Source of the DNA: a virus
Taxonomy: Duplodnaviria > Heunggongvirae > Uroviricota > Caudoviricetes
Direction: 5' to 3' (one strand)
DNA length: 26,285 nt
IMG/VR virus record: IMGVR_UViG_2740892234_000017
Coordinates: 1 to 26,285 of that record
Of the stretch, positions 8,223 through 17,817 are shown piece by piece. The notes beneath the pieces were generated by a model. It saw only the letters and a program-made list of their open reading frames with translations, was not told where the DNA came from and made no database searches. Positions within the stretch are counted from its first letter, which is position 1. Every line of letters starts with the position of its first letter. A program made the position numbers and the translations under genes.

Positions 8223-8960
8223 TTAACTGGCTTTCTTTTTCGGGCGTCCACGTTTTGCCGGTGTCACGCTCCGGGTCTTACGTGGGGCGCGGGTGGCCGC
8301 TTTGGGCTGCGGCTTCGGTTTCAGCTCCCGCTCCAGTCGTTCAATCTCTTTTTTGACGCCTGCCTGACAGTCGAGCTGTGTCGCACGTTGCAGGTGCGCC
8401 AGCGCCCCTGCGGCATCACCAGCGTCACGCAGAAACAGACCGGTGATTTTGTGCAGCTTTGCGCGCACTTCATCAGGCATGTCTGCCGTGGCGGTAAGTT
8501 CAAGGGTGTCCGTCAGCAGGCGGGTATCCACGGATTCACCGGCAGCGTGAGCGCGCATGGCCGCGAGTGCCACTTCCTCGGTGAACATGTACGGCGGGGT
8601 GCGGCGGTGTTTACCCGGCATGGTCAGACCGTACTTCAGGGCATAACGGGCAATCTCCAGCGCACCGGCAATATCGCCGGTATCCAGACGCCACAGCATG
8701 ACCGTCATCAGAATGTCATCCTGTGCACCTTTGCCCTGCTCCAGCACGCCGTTCACCCACGGCAACCAGAACGGCAGCAGTTCGCGTTTTTTCGCGGCCT
8801 TCAGCTCTTTTGAATAAATCGCTTTCAGTGTGCGCTGGTCTGCGGCGAGCTTAACCAGCATCTGCTCATAGACAGTTGCATGTCGCAGCGGGGCGGCTTC
8901 CCGCTGCGCGGTCATCGCTGCCGAGACCCGCATCATGTGGCGCTGTGCGGGACTCGTCAT
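8223..8960 (-). CDS. M: Terminase endonuclease (small) subunit M
   Basis: 245 aa with a Lys/Arg/Pro-rich C-terminal tail. Position N-M-L. The start overlaps the N stop. Confidence 0.9.
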   Translation of the reverse strand: MTSPAQRHMMRVSAAMTAQREAAPLRHATVYEQMLVKLAADQRTLKAIYSKELKAAKKRELLPFWLPWVNGVLEQGKGAQDDILMTVMLWRLDTGDIAGALEIARYALKYGLTMPGKHRRTPPYMFTEEVALAAMRAHAAGESVDTRLLTDTLELTATADMPDEVRAKLHKITGLFLRDAGDAAGALAHLQRATQLDCQAGVKKEIERLERELKPKPQPKAATRAPRKTRSVTPAKRGRPKKKAS

Positions 8961-8963
8961 CGG

Positions 8964-10037
8964 TTACGCTCCCGGCTCTGCGGTCGCCTTAGCCGGTGTG
9001 GAGAAATCACCGACCTTAATTTTTTCCACCAGACAACCGGCGGCGTAGTCTTCCACCACGTAATCAATGTTCATTGACTCGTAGTTCTCCACGCGGTCGA
9101 GTTTCGGGTTTTCCACAATCACGCGGCGATGGCTGTCATCCATGTAGTAGATGGACAGGTTTTCCAGCTTCGTGATGAGCATCGCATCCGCCGGGAAGTA
9201 CGGGACGCGTACCGCCGGCAGGTTACCGATGCGTTTCTGGCTGATGATGACGTCAGCGGCCAGCATTTCGCTGTTGTCCTGCTCCTTGTTGACGATGGGG
9301 AAATACTTGTCCGCCAGTAGCTGACGTCCCACAATCACCACAAGGTCAGGGTCTTCCTGATACCACGGCTCAATCAGGTTGTTGGTCGCATCCATCACCA
9401 GTGCATCGAGGCTGGCATAATCACCGCCCTTACCCACGCGGATGACCTCAGAGGTCGTGTGACCTTCCTCGTCAGTGACCTTGCTCATCACGCGCGCCGG
9501 GGCTTCATTGCGGTATTTCTGCAGCCAGCCGACCGCCACATCCTGCAGCATCGGATTGCTGCTGCGGTCAGAGGTTTCGGCACGCTTCACGCCGTTAAAA
9601 CCGGCCATGATGAAATCAAGGGACTGGCGTTTGATAATGGCGTTACGGATACGGAGCTGGAAATCCTGATAACGCGCCCACAGGTCAAGCGTTTTGTAGC
9701 GGATATAAAAATCGAAGTTAATCTGGTCGCATTCGTACTTGTTTGACGCCAGCTTCGAGAAGTCCTTCGGCTGACGCTCGGTGCCACCGGCGGTGTCGGT
9801 GGTGCTGGCGATGGAGCCGGTGACACCAATACCAATTTTTTCCCCTTTCATTTCGCTGACCGGCACAATGTTGATGCGGGTCAGAAAGTCAGAGGACTCC
9901 TGCATGGTGTTCATCAGGGTCTGGGTGACCGACGGTTCAACGGTGAATTTTTTCGACACATCACCGGCGTCGATGCCGTTCAGTTCGGCAACACGGGACA
10001 GGTAAGCATTAAATTTAAAGCGGGTTTCCTGGCGCAT
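8964..10037 (-). CDS. N: Major capsid protein N
   Basis: 357 aa, the same length as P2 gpN precursor. O-N-M synteny. Confidence 0.92.
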   Translation of the reverse strand: MRQETRFKFNAYLSRVAELNGIDAGDVSKKFTVEPSVTQTLMNTMQESSDFLTRINIVPVSEMKGEKIGIGVTGSIASTTDTAGGTERQPKDFSKLASNKYECDQINFDFYIRYKTLDLWARYQDFQLRIRNAIIKRQSLDFIMAGFNGVKRAETSDRSSNPMLQDVAVGWLQKYRNEAPARVMSKVTDEEGHTTSEVIRVGKGGDYASLDALVMDATNNLIEPWYQEDPDLVVIVGRQLLADKYFPIVNKEQDNSEMLAADVIISQKRIGNLPAVRVPYFPADAMLITKLENLSIYYMDDSHRRVIVENPKLDRVENYESMNIDYVVEDYAAGCLVEKIKVGDFSTPAKATAEPGA

Positions 10038-10095
10038 AGTTTTTCCTGAAATTAAGGGTTAATCGTGAAGGTTTTCCCGGACTGACTGACACCGG

Positions 10096-10950
10096 TCAGC
10101 AGTTCGTCATCAGGGCGTCACCGCCACCACCGGTGGCCTTGCTGCGGCGCTGCTGGGTCAGACTTTCGGTGTGGTCGAGACTGTTTTTCAGGCGGGTGAA
10201 TGCCTGGCTGGTTTCATCCGCCCTGTCAGTCACCTCCTGCTTAAGTGCGGAAAAGGCGGTTTCCATCTCAGCGAGGCGCTGCTCAGTGGCGCTCAGTTTT
10301 TCCTGCACATGTTCAGCAACAGCGGTCACCGCTTCATGCACGTCATTCAGACGGGCATCATCGCTGGCCTGTTTGCGGCCAAAAATGGACTTCACCTTTT
10401 CGGTCAGGGCGGTGAACACGGTTTCAGGCAGGTCTTCAAATTCCAGCTCAACGGGCGTTGCCACTGAAATCAGGTTTTCAGGGCTTAATTTGAAGCGGTT
10501 CAGGGGGTTGTGTTTTGCCGTGCGGCAGAATTCCAGGTATTCCGTGCCGAGGCTTGCCGGGTCATCGGTGACGGCCAGCCCCACCAGATAACATTTGCCG
10601 GTGTTGGCAAAGTTCGGCTGAATTTCCATTGAGGTGTAGACCTTCTGCGCGGCCTTGTTCATCGCGATAAGGTCATCGGTCGGGGTGATTTTCGCAAACA
10701 GCGCCCATTTGCCTTTCAGCGCCGAATCATCGTCAATCTTTTCGGCCTTCAGTTCGACCACATCGCCATAACGCTTAAAAATACCGTCAGGCAGGATGCC
10801 GCGCAGATGTTCCAGGTTAATGCGGCAACCATAGACTCGCGGGTCAAAGGTTTCGGCCATTTCCTGAATATCCTGCGCACTGATGACACGCCCGTCACAG
10901 GTGTCACCCTCAACGCCGATACGAAAGAATTTTGAGACTTTTTTTGCCAT
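10096..10950 (-). CDS. O: Capsid scaffolding protein O
   Basis: Start trimmed to MAKKVSKFFRIGVEGDTCDGR, giving 284 aa as in P2 gpO. A GGAG-type ribosome-binding site lies upstream. Confidence 0.9.
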   Translation of the reverse strand: MAKKVSKFFRIGVEGDTCDGRVISAQDIQEMAETFDPRVYGCRINLEHLRGILPDGIFKRYGDVVELKAEKIDDDSALKGKWALFAKITPTDDLIAMNKAAQKVYTSMEIQPNFANTGKCYLVGLAVTDDPASLGTEYLEFCRTAKHNPLNRFKLSPENLISVATPVELEFEDLPETVFTALTEKVKSIFGRKQASDDARLNDVHEAVTAVAEHVQEKLSATEQRLAEMETAFSALKQEVTDRADETSQAFTRLKNSLDHTESLTQQRRSKATGGGGDALMTNC

Positions 10951-11123
10951 TGTCAGGAGTCCTGAATAGTGATTAGAGGAGTCACATGTCGGCATCAGTT
11001 TCCCGACGATACGCATCCTCCGCCATCAGTCCCGGATGGCTTATCACTGACACAACAGCACCTTAGCGAATCGCGGGGCGCGACTCAGTAGCCTTGCCGT
11101 GTATTCATCACGGCGAGGTATTC
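10951..11123. promoter_or_regulatory. Divergent late-promoter region between O (leftward) and P (rightward); expected site of the Ogr-activated late promoters
   Basis: A 173-bp intergenic gap between divergently transcribed O and P, as in P2. A manual scan found no perfect TGT-N12-ACA element, so the exact promoter positions are unassigned. Confidence 0.5.
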
Positions 11124-12896
11124 ATGACCATCACCACAGACACCACTCTTTTACACGACCCGCGTCGTCAGGCGGCGCTGCTGTACTGGCAGGGATTTTC
11201 CGTGCCGCAGATTGCCGCCATGTTGCAGATGAAACGCCCGACGGTGCAGAGCTGGAAACAGCGCGACGGCTGGGACAGCGTTGCCCCCATCAGCCGTGTC
11301 GAAATGAGTCTGGAAGCGCGGCTGACCCAGCTCATCATCAAACCGCAGAAAACCGGCGGTGACTTCAAGGAAATTGACCTGCTCGGACGCCAGATTGAAC
11401 GACTGGCACGGGTAAACCGCTACAGTCAGACCGGCAACGAGGCAGACCTTAATCCGAACGTCGCTAACCGCAACAAAGGCGGGCGTCGCAAACCGAAAAA
11501 GAATTTTTTCAGTGACGAGGCCATCGAAAAGCTGGAGCAGATTTTCTTTGAGCAGTCTTTCGACTATCAGTTGCACTGGTATCGCGCCGGGCTTGAGCAC
11601 CGCATCCGCGATATCCTGAAATCCCGCCAGATTGGCGCGACGTTTTATTTTTCCCGCGAGGCGCTGCTGCGCGCCCTGAAAACCGGTCATAACCAGATTT
11701 TTCTGTCGGCCAGTAAAACGCAGGCGTATGTGTTCCGCGAATACATCATCGCCTTTGCCCGGCTGGTTGACGTTGACCTGACCGGTGACCCGATTGTCCT
11801 GGGCAATAACGGCGCAAAACTGATTTTTCTCGGCACCAACTCCAACACCGCACAGAGCCATAACGGCGACCTGTACGTCGACGAGATTTTCTGGATCCCG
11901 AATTTTCAGGTACTGCGTAAGGTGGCATCAGGTATGGCCTCACAGAGCCACCTGCGCTCGACCTATTTCTCCACCCCGTCCACGCTGGCGCACGACGCCT
12001 ACCCATTCTGGTCGGGTGAACTGTTCAACCGGGGACGCGCCAGCGCCGCCGAACGCGTGGAAATCGACGTCAGTCATAACGCCCTTGCCGGGGGGCTTCT
12101 CTGTGCGGACGGCCAGTGGCGGCAGATTGTCACCATTGAGGACGCCCTGAAAGGTGGCTGCACGCTGTTCGACATTGAGCAGCTCAAACGTGAAAACAGC
12201 GCCGACGATTTTAAAAACCTGTTCATGTGTGAATTTGTTGACGACAAGGCGTCGGTGTTCCCGTTCGAGGAGCTGCAACGCTGCATGGTCGACACGCTGG
12301 AAGAATGGGAAGACTATGCGCCGTTTGCCGCGAATCCGTTCGGCTCCCGCCCGGTATGGATTGGTTACGACCCGTCACACCGTGGCGACAGTGCCGGATG
12401 CGTGGTGCTGGCACCGCCGGTGGTGGCCGGTGGCAAATTCAGAATACTTGAGCGTCACCAGTGGAAAGGCATGGACTTTGCCACCCAGGCTGAATCCATC
12501 CGCAAACTCACCGAAAAATACAACGTCGAATACATCGGAATTGATGCCACCGGCCTCGGTGTCGGCGTGTTCCAGCTCGTTCGCTCGTTCTATCCCGCCG
12601 CGCGCGACATCCGCTACACGCCGGAAATGAAAACCGCAATGGTGCTCAAGGCAAAAGACGTTATCCGCCGTGGCTGTCTGGAATATGACGTCAGCGCCAC
12701 CGACATCACCAGCTCGTTTATGGCTATCCGCAAGACCATGACCAGCAGCGGACGCAGCGCCACCTATGAGGCCAGCCGCAGCGAGGAAGCCAGCCACGCC
12801 GACCTCGCCTGGGCGACCATGCACGCCCTGTTAAATGAGCCACTCACCGCCGGTATCAGCACCCCGCTGACATCCACCATTCTGGAGTTTTACTGA
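11124..12896 (+). CDS. P: Terminase ATPase (large) subunit P
   Basis: Start set at the ATG at 11124 (MTITTDTTLLHDPRRQ), which has a GAGG ribosome-binding site; the ORF track begins at an upstream TTG. 590 aa, the same length as P2 gpP. Confidence 0.92.
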   Translation: MTITTDTTLLHDPRRQAALLYWQGFSVPQIAAMLQMKRPTVQSWKQRDGWDSVAPISRVEMSLEARLTQLIIKPQKTGGDFKEIDLLGRQIERLARVNRYSQTGNEADLNPNVANRNKGGRRKPKKNFFSDEAIEKLEQIFFEQSFDYQLHWYRAGLEHRIRDILKSRQIGATFYFSREALLRALKTGHNQIFLSASKTQAYVFREYIIAFARLVDVDLTGDPIVLGNNGAKLIFLGTNSNTAQSHNGDLYVDEIFWIPNFQVLRKVASGMASQSHLRSTYFSTPSTLAHDAYPFWSGELFNRGRASAAERVEIDVSHNALAGGLLCADGQWRQIVTIEDALKGGCTLFDIEQLKRENSADDFKNLFMCEFVDDKASVFPFEELQRCMVDTLEEWEDYAPFAANPFGSRPVWIGYDPSHRGDSAGCVVLAPPVVAGGKFRILERHQWKGMDFATQAESIRKLTEKYNVEYIGIDATGLGVGVFQLVRSFYPAARDIRYTPEMKTAMVLKAKDVIRRGCLEYDVSATDITSSFMAIRKTMTSSGRSATYEASRSEEASHADLAWATMHALLNEPLTAGISTPLTSTILEFY

Positions 12897-13930
12897 TGAG
12901 CAAGAAAAAAGGGAAAACACCGCGACCTGCGGCAAAAACAATGACCGCCAGCGCCCCGAAAATGGAGGCATTCACCTTTGGTGAGCCGGTGCCGGTACTC
13001 GACCGCCGTGACATTCTGGATTACGTCGAATGCATCAGTAACGGCAGATGGTATGAGCCGCCGGTCAGCTTTACCGGTCTGGCAAAAAGTCTGCGTGCTG
13101 CCGTGTATCACAGTTCACCGATTTACGTCAAACGTAATATTCTGGCTTCAACGTTTATCCCGCACCCGTGGCTTTCCCAGCAGGATTTCAGCCGCTTTGT
13201 GCTGGATTTTCTGGTGTTCGGTAATGCGTTTCTGGAAAAGCGTTACAGCACCACCGGTAAGGTCATCAGACTGGAAACCTCACCGGCAAAATATACCCGC
13301 CGTGGCGTGGAGGAGGATGTTTACTGGTGGGTGCCGTCCTTCAACGAGCCGACACCTTTCGCGCCCGGCTCCGTGTTTCACCTGCTGGAGCCGGATATTA
13401 ATCAGGAGCTGTACGGCCTGCCGGAATATCTCAGCGCCCTTAACTCTGCCTGGCTGAATGAATCAGCCACGCTGTTCCGCCGCAAGTATTACGAAAACGG
13501 CGCACATGCCGGATACATCATGTACGTCACCGATGCCGTGCAGGATCGCAACGATATCGAAATGCTTCGCGAAAACATGGTGAAGTCGAAAGGCCGCAAC
13601 AACTTTAAAAATCTGTTTCTCTATGCCCCACAAGGGAAAGCCGACGGCATTAAAATTATCCCGCTCAGTGAAGTGGCGACGAAGGACGATTTTTTTAATA
13701 TCAAAAAAGCCAGTGCCGCAGACCTGCTGGACGCGCACCGCATCCCCTTTCAGTTGATGGGCGGCAAGCCGGAGAACGTCGGGGCGCTGGGTGATATTGA
13801 GAAAGTGGCAAAGGTCTTTGTCCGCAATGAGCTTATCCCGTTACAGGACAGGATTCGGGAAATAAACGGCTGGCTCGGTCAGGAGGTCATCCGCTTTAAA
13901 AACTACTCACTGGACACTGACAACGACTGA
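12896..13930 (+). CDS. Q: Portal protein Q
   Basis: 344 aa, the same length as P2 gpQ. Start overlaps the P stop. Followed by a terminator and the cos site. Confidence 0.92.
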   Translation: MSKKKGKTPRPAAKTMTASAPKMEAFTFGEPVPVLDRRDILDYVECISNGRWYEPPVSFTGLAKSLRAAVYHSSPIYVKRNILASTFIPHPWLSQQDFSRFVLDFLVFGNAFLEKRYSTTGKVIRLETSPAKYTRRGVEEDVYWWVPSFNEPTPFAPGSVFHLLEPDINQELYGLPEYLSALNSAWLNESATLFRRKYYENGAHAGYIMYVTDAVQDRNDIEMLRENMVKSKGRNNFKNLFLYAPQGKADGIKIIPLSEVATKDDFFNIKKASAADLLDAHRIPFQLMGGKPENVGALGDIEKVAKVFVRNELIPLQDRIREINGWLGQEVIRFKNYSLDTDND

Positions 13931-13935
13931 ACATT

Positions 13936-13957
13936 GCCGCCTGCGGGCGGCTTTTTT
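13936..13957 (+). terminator. Rho-independent terminator downstream of Q
   Basis: GCCGCC-TGCG-GGCGGC hairpin followed by TTTTTT. Confidence 0.75.
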
Positions 13958-14099
13958 ACATCCCGTCATCACGCCCTCACACGCTCACCACCGCACAAAA
14001 CACCCCGCAAACACACCAACGCCCCGGTGCACAATCTAAACGCCGTCACGACGCGCTCAGACGCTGAAAAAATAAAATCAGCACCACCGCCAGCGCGCA

Positions 14100-14118
14100 G
14101 TGCTTTCCCCGCCTCGCC
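14100..14118. other. P2-type cos site (19-nt cohesive-end sequence), internal to the prophage
   Basis: GTGCTTTCCCCGCCTCGCC is the reverse complement of the P2 cohesive end as I recall it (GGCGAGGCGGGGAAAGCAC). It lies about 170 bp beyond the Q stop, as in P2. Confidence 0.75.
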
Positions 14119-14359
14119 CGCCCGCTTCATGGGGCGGTTTTAATGCAAACGCATCAGGAAGGGCAGACCTAGTCACATGTAGAATACGATAGCAATAAAA
14201 AAGTCTAATTAGAATGCAAATTGATGCAACTCTATGCCCTCCAAGAACTCCAAACCTGAAAGATTTATGTAAAACATAGTGTTCGTTTCACCAAAATACA
14301 TATAAACTACATTAAAATAGAAATTTGTCTCACCTATAAGCCATTTAGACAACAGATTA

Positions 14360-15523
14360 ATGAGGTTTGTATCACAAATGACCACAAACGAGATACTTTC
14401 GCAGCTTATCAGTCTTGGACTCAAAGGGGATAAAGTTGCTTTTGTTCGGCAGGCTTCGAAACTCGCGCGTTCCTATGATTCTATGGGGCTGCCTGAGCTT
14501 GCTTCAGCCATTAGAGGCAGTATTCAAGATAAAAACACGTTTAACTTGCAGAAAGTATCACGTAGTACATCACCTATTTTTGAACGTCTTGATACATTAC
14601 CTGTAGATAAAGAAACTAAATTTGATTTAGCAGACGTAACTCAACCGTCTTCTGAAATTCAACTCCCATTGTTGAAAGATAGCACTCTGAAAAAAATTAA
14701 AGAATTTTTGACTTTCACTGAACGAGCTAAAGAATTAAAGGATGCCGGTCTTGGCGTGACATCCTCTATGATTTTATATGGGCCACCAGGTTGTGGTAAA
14801 ACCTTGACATCAAAATATATTGCATCCTGTCTAAATTTACCGCTTCTTACTGCAAGATGTGACTCCTTAGTCTCATCATATCTGGGGTCTACTTCTAAAA
14901 ATATCAGGCAGCTATTTGAGTATGCAAGTAAAGCACCATGTGTTTTATTTCTAGATGAACTAGATTCTCTAGCAAAGGCTAGAGATGATCAGCATGAGTT
15001 AGGTGAACTGAAGAGGGTGGTGGTTTCTTTATTGCAAAATATTGACAATCTACCTGAAGAAACAATATTGATTGCTGCAAGTAATCATGAAAATCTTCTA
15101 GATAGCGCAGTTTGGAGGCGCTTTGAGTATAGAATATCTATTGGATTGCCTGATTTTGAAGTCAGAAAACAACTATTTGAACAATATTCAAACATAAAAG
15201 CCACATATGACGATTTTGTTGATGACCTTGCGGAAATATCCTCAGGGCTAAACTGCTCATTTATAGAACAATGCTGCTTAAGATCTGAGCGACATGCTCT
15301 GGTTTACAATAATAAACAAATCGATACCCGATTTTTAGTCGAGGCTATCTTAGAAGCGAAGGGAGTTACATTTGATGAAGAAGATAATTTACTTATAAAG
15401 ATTGTGACCACTCTCAGAGAATACAATCCCAAAAGATTTACAATACGAAAGATAGCAAAAATACTAGGGCTTTCAAATGCTAAAGTGTCAAGGCTAACTA
15501 AGAACTATAGAGAGATATTATGA
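14360..15523 (+). CDS. AAA+ ATPase, candidate IetA-like component of a two-gene ATPase/protease defence system
   Basis: 387 aa. Walker A GPPGCGKT, Walker B VLFLDELD, sensor-1 AASNH, arginine-finger-like AVWRRF. AT-rich codon usage unlike the P2 backbone. An alternative start is the ATG at 14378. The stop overlaps the protease start (ATGA). Confidence 0.85.
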   Translation: MRFVSQMTTNEILSQLISLGLKGDKVAFVRQASKLARSYDSMGLPELASAIRGSIQDKNTFNLQKVSRSTSPIFERLDTLPVDKETKFDLADVTQPSSEIQLPLLKDSTLKKIKEFLTFTERAKELKDAGLGVTSSMILYGPPGCGKTLTSKYIASCLNLPLLTARCDSLVSSYLGSTSKNIRQLFEYASKAPCVLFLDELDSLAKARDDQHELGELKRVVVSLLQNIDNLPEETILIAASNHENLLDSAVWRRFEYRISIGLPDFEVRKQLFEQYSNIKATYDDFVDDLAEISSGLNCSFIEQCCLRSERHALVYNNKQIDTRFLVEAILEAKGVTFDEEDNLLIKIVTTLREYNPKRFTIRKIAKILGLSNAKVSRLTKNYREIL

Positions 15524-17784
15524 GTAACAAAGAAAGACCAATAAAAATAATTGAGGCGACACCTCAAGATTTTACTGAAAAAACATATAATTTCGGAAAG
15601 AAACAACCTATCCGAACAGTAACAACTAGTCTAAAAAATAGACTCAAACAAGAAGTCGATGACGTTAAAAATTTTTTCCAGAGCTCATTTAAAAAATGGC
15701 CCAATATACCGGCGGTGGCTAGAGTTACTCTTCATGAAAAAGCTCTTGCTAAGTCACATCGCCCATCAAGCCTATTAGGTGATAATACATGTCCCGTAAT
15801 AGGCAGTGATAATTTTGGAGAATTACTTATAAGTGTTACTGAAAAAGGGTTAGCACAACTTCGCAAAAAAATTGAAAATAGCACTAATTCTCATAATGGG
15901 ACAGTACATATTGCTGTAATTGAAAAGATCGAACCTTTTAGTCTTAACCATGATGTTATAGATAAAAATAAATCAGATAGTTTTCTTCTGAAACTCTTTG
16001 ACCATAAAGATAGAACAACTAACCGCAGTATCGACAAAGAATTAATGGAATTTGCAGATGAACTAGGAATACAAAAACCCAAAAAGTATGATATCAGTTC
16101 AGATTTGAGTATATATGAAGTAAAAGGGAATGATAACATCGCCCAACTGGCAAGTTTTATTGGCATACGAAAATTAGAACCTATGCCAACATTTGGTCTT
16201 ACTCATACAGTATCGCAATATATTCCTGCTGAAACTCTAGACCTAGATGATTTTCCCTTACCTCAAGAGGATAAACATTATCCACTACTCGGAATTATAG
16301 ATAGCGGAGTCGATCCCAATAACAACATACTTAGGCCATGGATTTGGGATAGTTTAGATTTAGTAAAAGGAGAACACGACTATTCTCATGGGAACATGGT
16401 TGCAAGTTTAGCAATTAATGGAAGATGGTTGAATAACTATGCTGGTTTTCCTCAATGCCAAGCTGAAATTGTTGATGTTGCAGCCTTTCCCAAAGATGGT
16501 ACGCTCAAATTGCCACAATTAATGAAAGCTATCCGAGAGGCTGTGACCACCTATCCAGAAGTACGTGTATGGAACCTGTCATTAGGTTGTCAATCCCCAT
16601 GTTCTGAAGACAGCTTCTCTGAATTGGGGCATTTTTTAAATGCACTTCATGATGAGCATGATTGTCTTTTCGTCGTAGCATCCGGCAACTACATTTATGA
16701 TCCTCAACGAACCTGGCCTCCTCAAGAATTAGGTGGGCATGACAGAATATCAGCCCCCGCAGATTCTGTTCGTTCATTAACTGTTGGCTCAGTTGCCCAT
16801 TTAGAATCGTCTGACTCTGTGGTCAAAAGATTTGAACCTTCATCTTTTTCTAGAAGAGGTCCCGGCCCAGCCTTTATACCCAAACCAGAGATAAATCACT
16901 TTGGAGGTAATTGTGACAGTAAATTAAACTGTGAACATACCGGAATCATAGCTATTGGCGAGGACAATGCTCTTTGCGAAAGTATTGGCACAAGTTTATC
17001 AGCACCGTTAATCTCAAGTTTAGCGGCATCACTGTGGCATGAACTAGATGTTAATGGTTCTATTTCACCATCGCCTGAACGTATCAAGGCACTATTAATT
17101 CATTCTGCGTTAAAAAACTCACCAGCCAAAACGGAGCATTATGCGTTTAATTATCAAGGATTTGGACGCCCAAGCGATCATATAAATGATATTATTGGTT
17201 GCAATAAAAATGAGATTACATTTCTATTTGAAATAGATACCCGAGAAGGTATTGAATTCAGTAGAACGCCATTTGTAATACCACAGTCATTACGTACTGA
17301 GGATGGAAAATTCACAGGTGAAATTATTATGACACTCGTTTATTCTCCACCGCTTGATTATGACTACCCATCTGAATATTGCCGTTCTAATGTGGATGTG
17401 TCATTCGGGACTTACACTTATGATCCAGTTAACGCTAAATGGATACATAGCGGAAAAATTCCACAAATAAAAGAAAAGAGTGAATTATTTGAAAAGGTAC
17501 TGATAGAAAATGGCTTCAAATGGTCTCCAGTCAAAGTTTATAGAAAACAATTTCCGCAAGGTATAAATGGGGAGCAATGGAGACTTAAACTTGATGTTCA
17601 GAGACGAGCAGAGCAAGAGCCTCTATCTTCACCTCAACGTGCTGTATTGGCTATTACGTTAAGATCTCTTGCCAATTCTACTACAGTCTACAACGAAGCC
17701 GAGGTTGAAATAAATAATCTTGGTTGGAAAGAAACTGATATTGTTGTTCGTGAACAACCAAAAATCAGGATTCGTCAAAAATAA
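15520..17784 (+). CDS. Subtilisin-like serine protease (peptidase S8) with N- and C-terminal extension domains, candidate IetS-like component
   Basis: 754 aa. Catalytic triad motifs in canonical order: Asp (GIIDSGVD), His (HGNMVASLA), Ser (GTSLSAPLISS). Translationally coupled to the upstream ATPase. Confidence 0.85.
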   Translation: MSNKERPIKIIEATPQDFTEKTYNFGKKQPIRTVTTSLKNRLKQEVDDVKNFFQSSFKKWPNIPAVARVTLHEKALAKSHRPSSLLGDNTCPVIGSDNFGELLISVTEKGLAQLRKKIENSTNSHNGTVHIAVIEKIEPFSLNHDVIDKNKSDSFLLKLFDHKDRTTNRSIDKELMEFADELGIQKPKKYDISSDLSIYEVKGNDNIAQLASFIGIRKLEPMPTFGLTHTVSQYIPAETLDLDDFPLPQEDKHYPLLGIIDSGVDPNNNILRPWIWDSLDLVKGEHDYSHGNMVASLAINGRWLNNYAGFPQCQAEIVDVAAFPKDGTLKLPQLMKAIREAVTTYPEVRVWNLSLGCQSPCSEDSFSELGHFLNALHDEHDCLFVVASGNYIYDPQRTWPPQELGGHDRISAPADSVRSLTVGSVAHLESSDSVVKRFEPSSFSRRGPGPAFIPKPEINHFGGNCDSKLNCEHTGIIAIGEDNALCESIGTSLSAPLISSLAASLWHELDVNGSISPSPERIKALLIHSALKNSPAKTEHYAFNYQGFGRPSDHINDIIGCNKNEITFLFEIDTREGIEFSRTPFVIPQSLRTEDGKFTGEIIMTLVYSPPLDYDYPSEYCRSNVDVSFGTYTYDPVNAKWIHSGKIPQIKEKSELFEKVLIENGFKWSPVKVYRKQFPQGINGEQWRLKLDVQRRAEQEPLSSPQRAVLAITLRSLANSTTVYNEAEVEINNLGWKETDIVVREQPKIRIRQK

Positions 17785-17789
17785 GCATT

Positions 17790-17814
17790 ATGGTCACCTT
17801 TTATAGGTGACCAT
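17790..17814. terminator. Perfect hairpin between convergent operons, a candidate bidirectional terminator
   Basis: ATGGTCACC-TTTTATA-GGTGACCAT: a 9-bp perfect stem between the protease stop (17784) and the membrane-protein stop (17818). There is no strong U-tract on either strand. Confidence 0.5.
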
Positions 17815-17817
17815 TTA

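Noticed and set aside
8220-8813. 197-aa plus-strand ORF
   Set aside because: Antisense shadow of terminase gene M. Its Arg/Gly/Cys-rich composition is typical of a reverse-frame artefact.
10951-11123. Ogr-type late promoter elements (TGT-N12-ACA) in the O/P divergent region
   Set aside because: I expected them from P2 biology but found no perfect TGT-N12-ACA dyad by eye, so I left the region as an unassigned late-promoter interval rather than calling specific sites.
11151-11861. 236-aa minus-strand ORF
   Set aside because: Antisense to terminase ATPase gene P, which has a full-length P2 match. No independent support.
12375-12824. 149-aa minus-strand ORF, together with other ORFs nested in P and Q (12154-12630, 12978-13457)
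   Set aside because: All are nested in or antisense to the P and Q coding sequences, which match P2 in length and start/stop coupling.
14209-14424. 71-aa minus-strand ORF in the AT-rich leader of the ATPase gene
   Set aside because: It overlaps the promoter and 5' end of the much better supported AAA+ ATPase gene, has low-complexity AT-rich codons and no ribosome-binding site.
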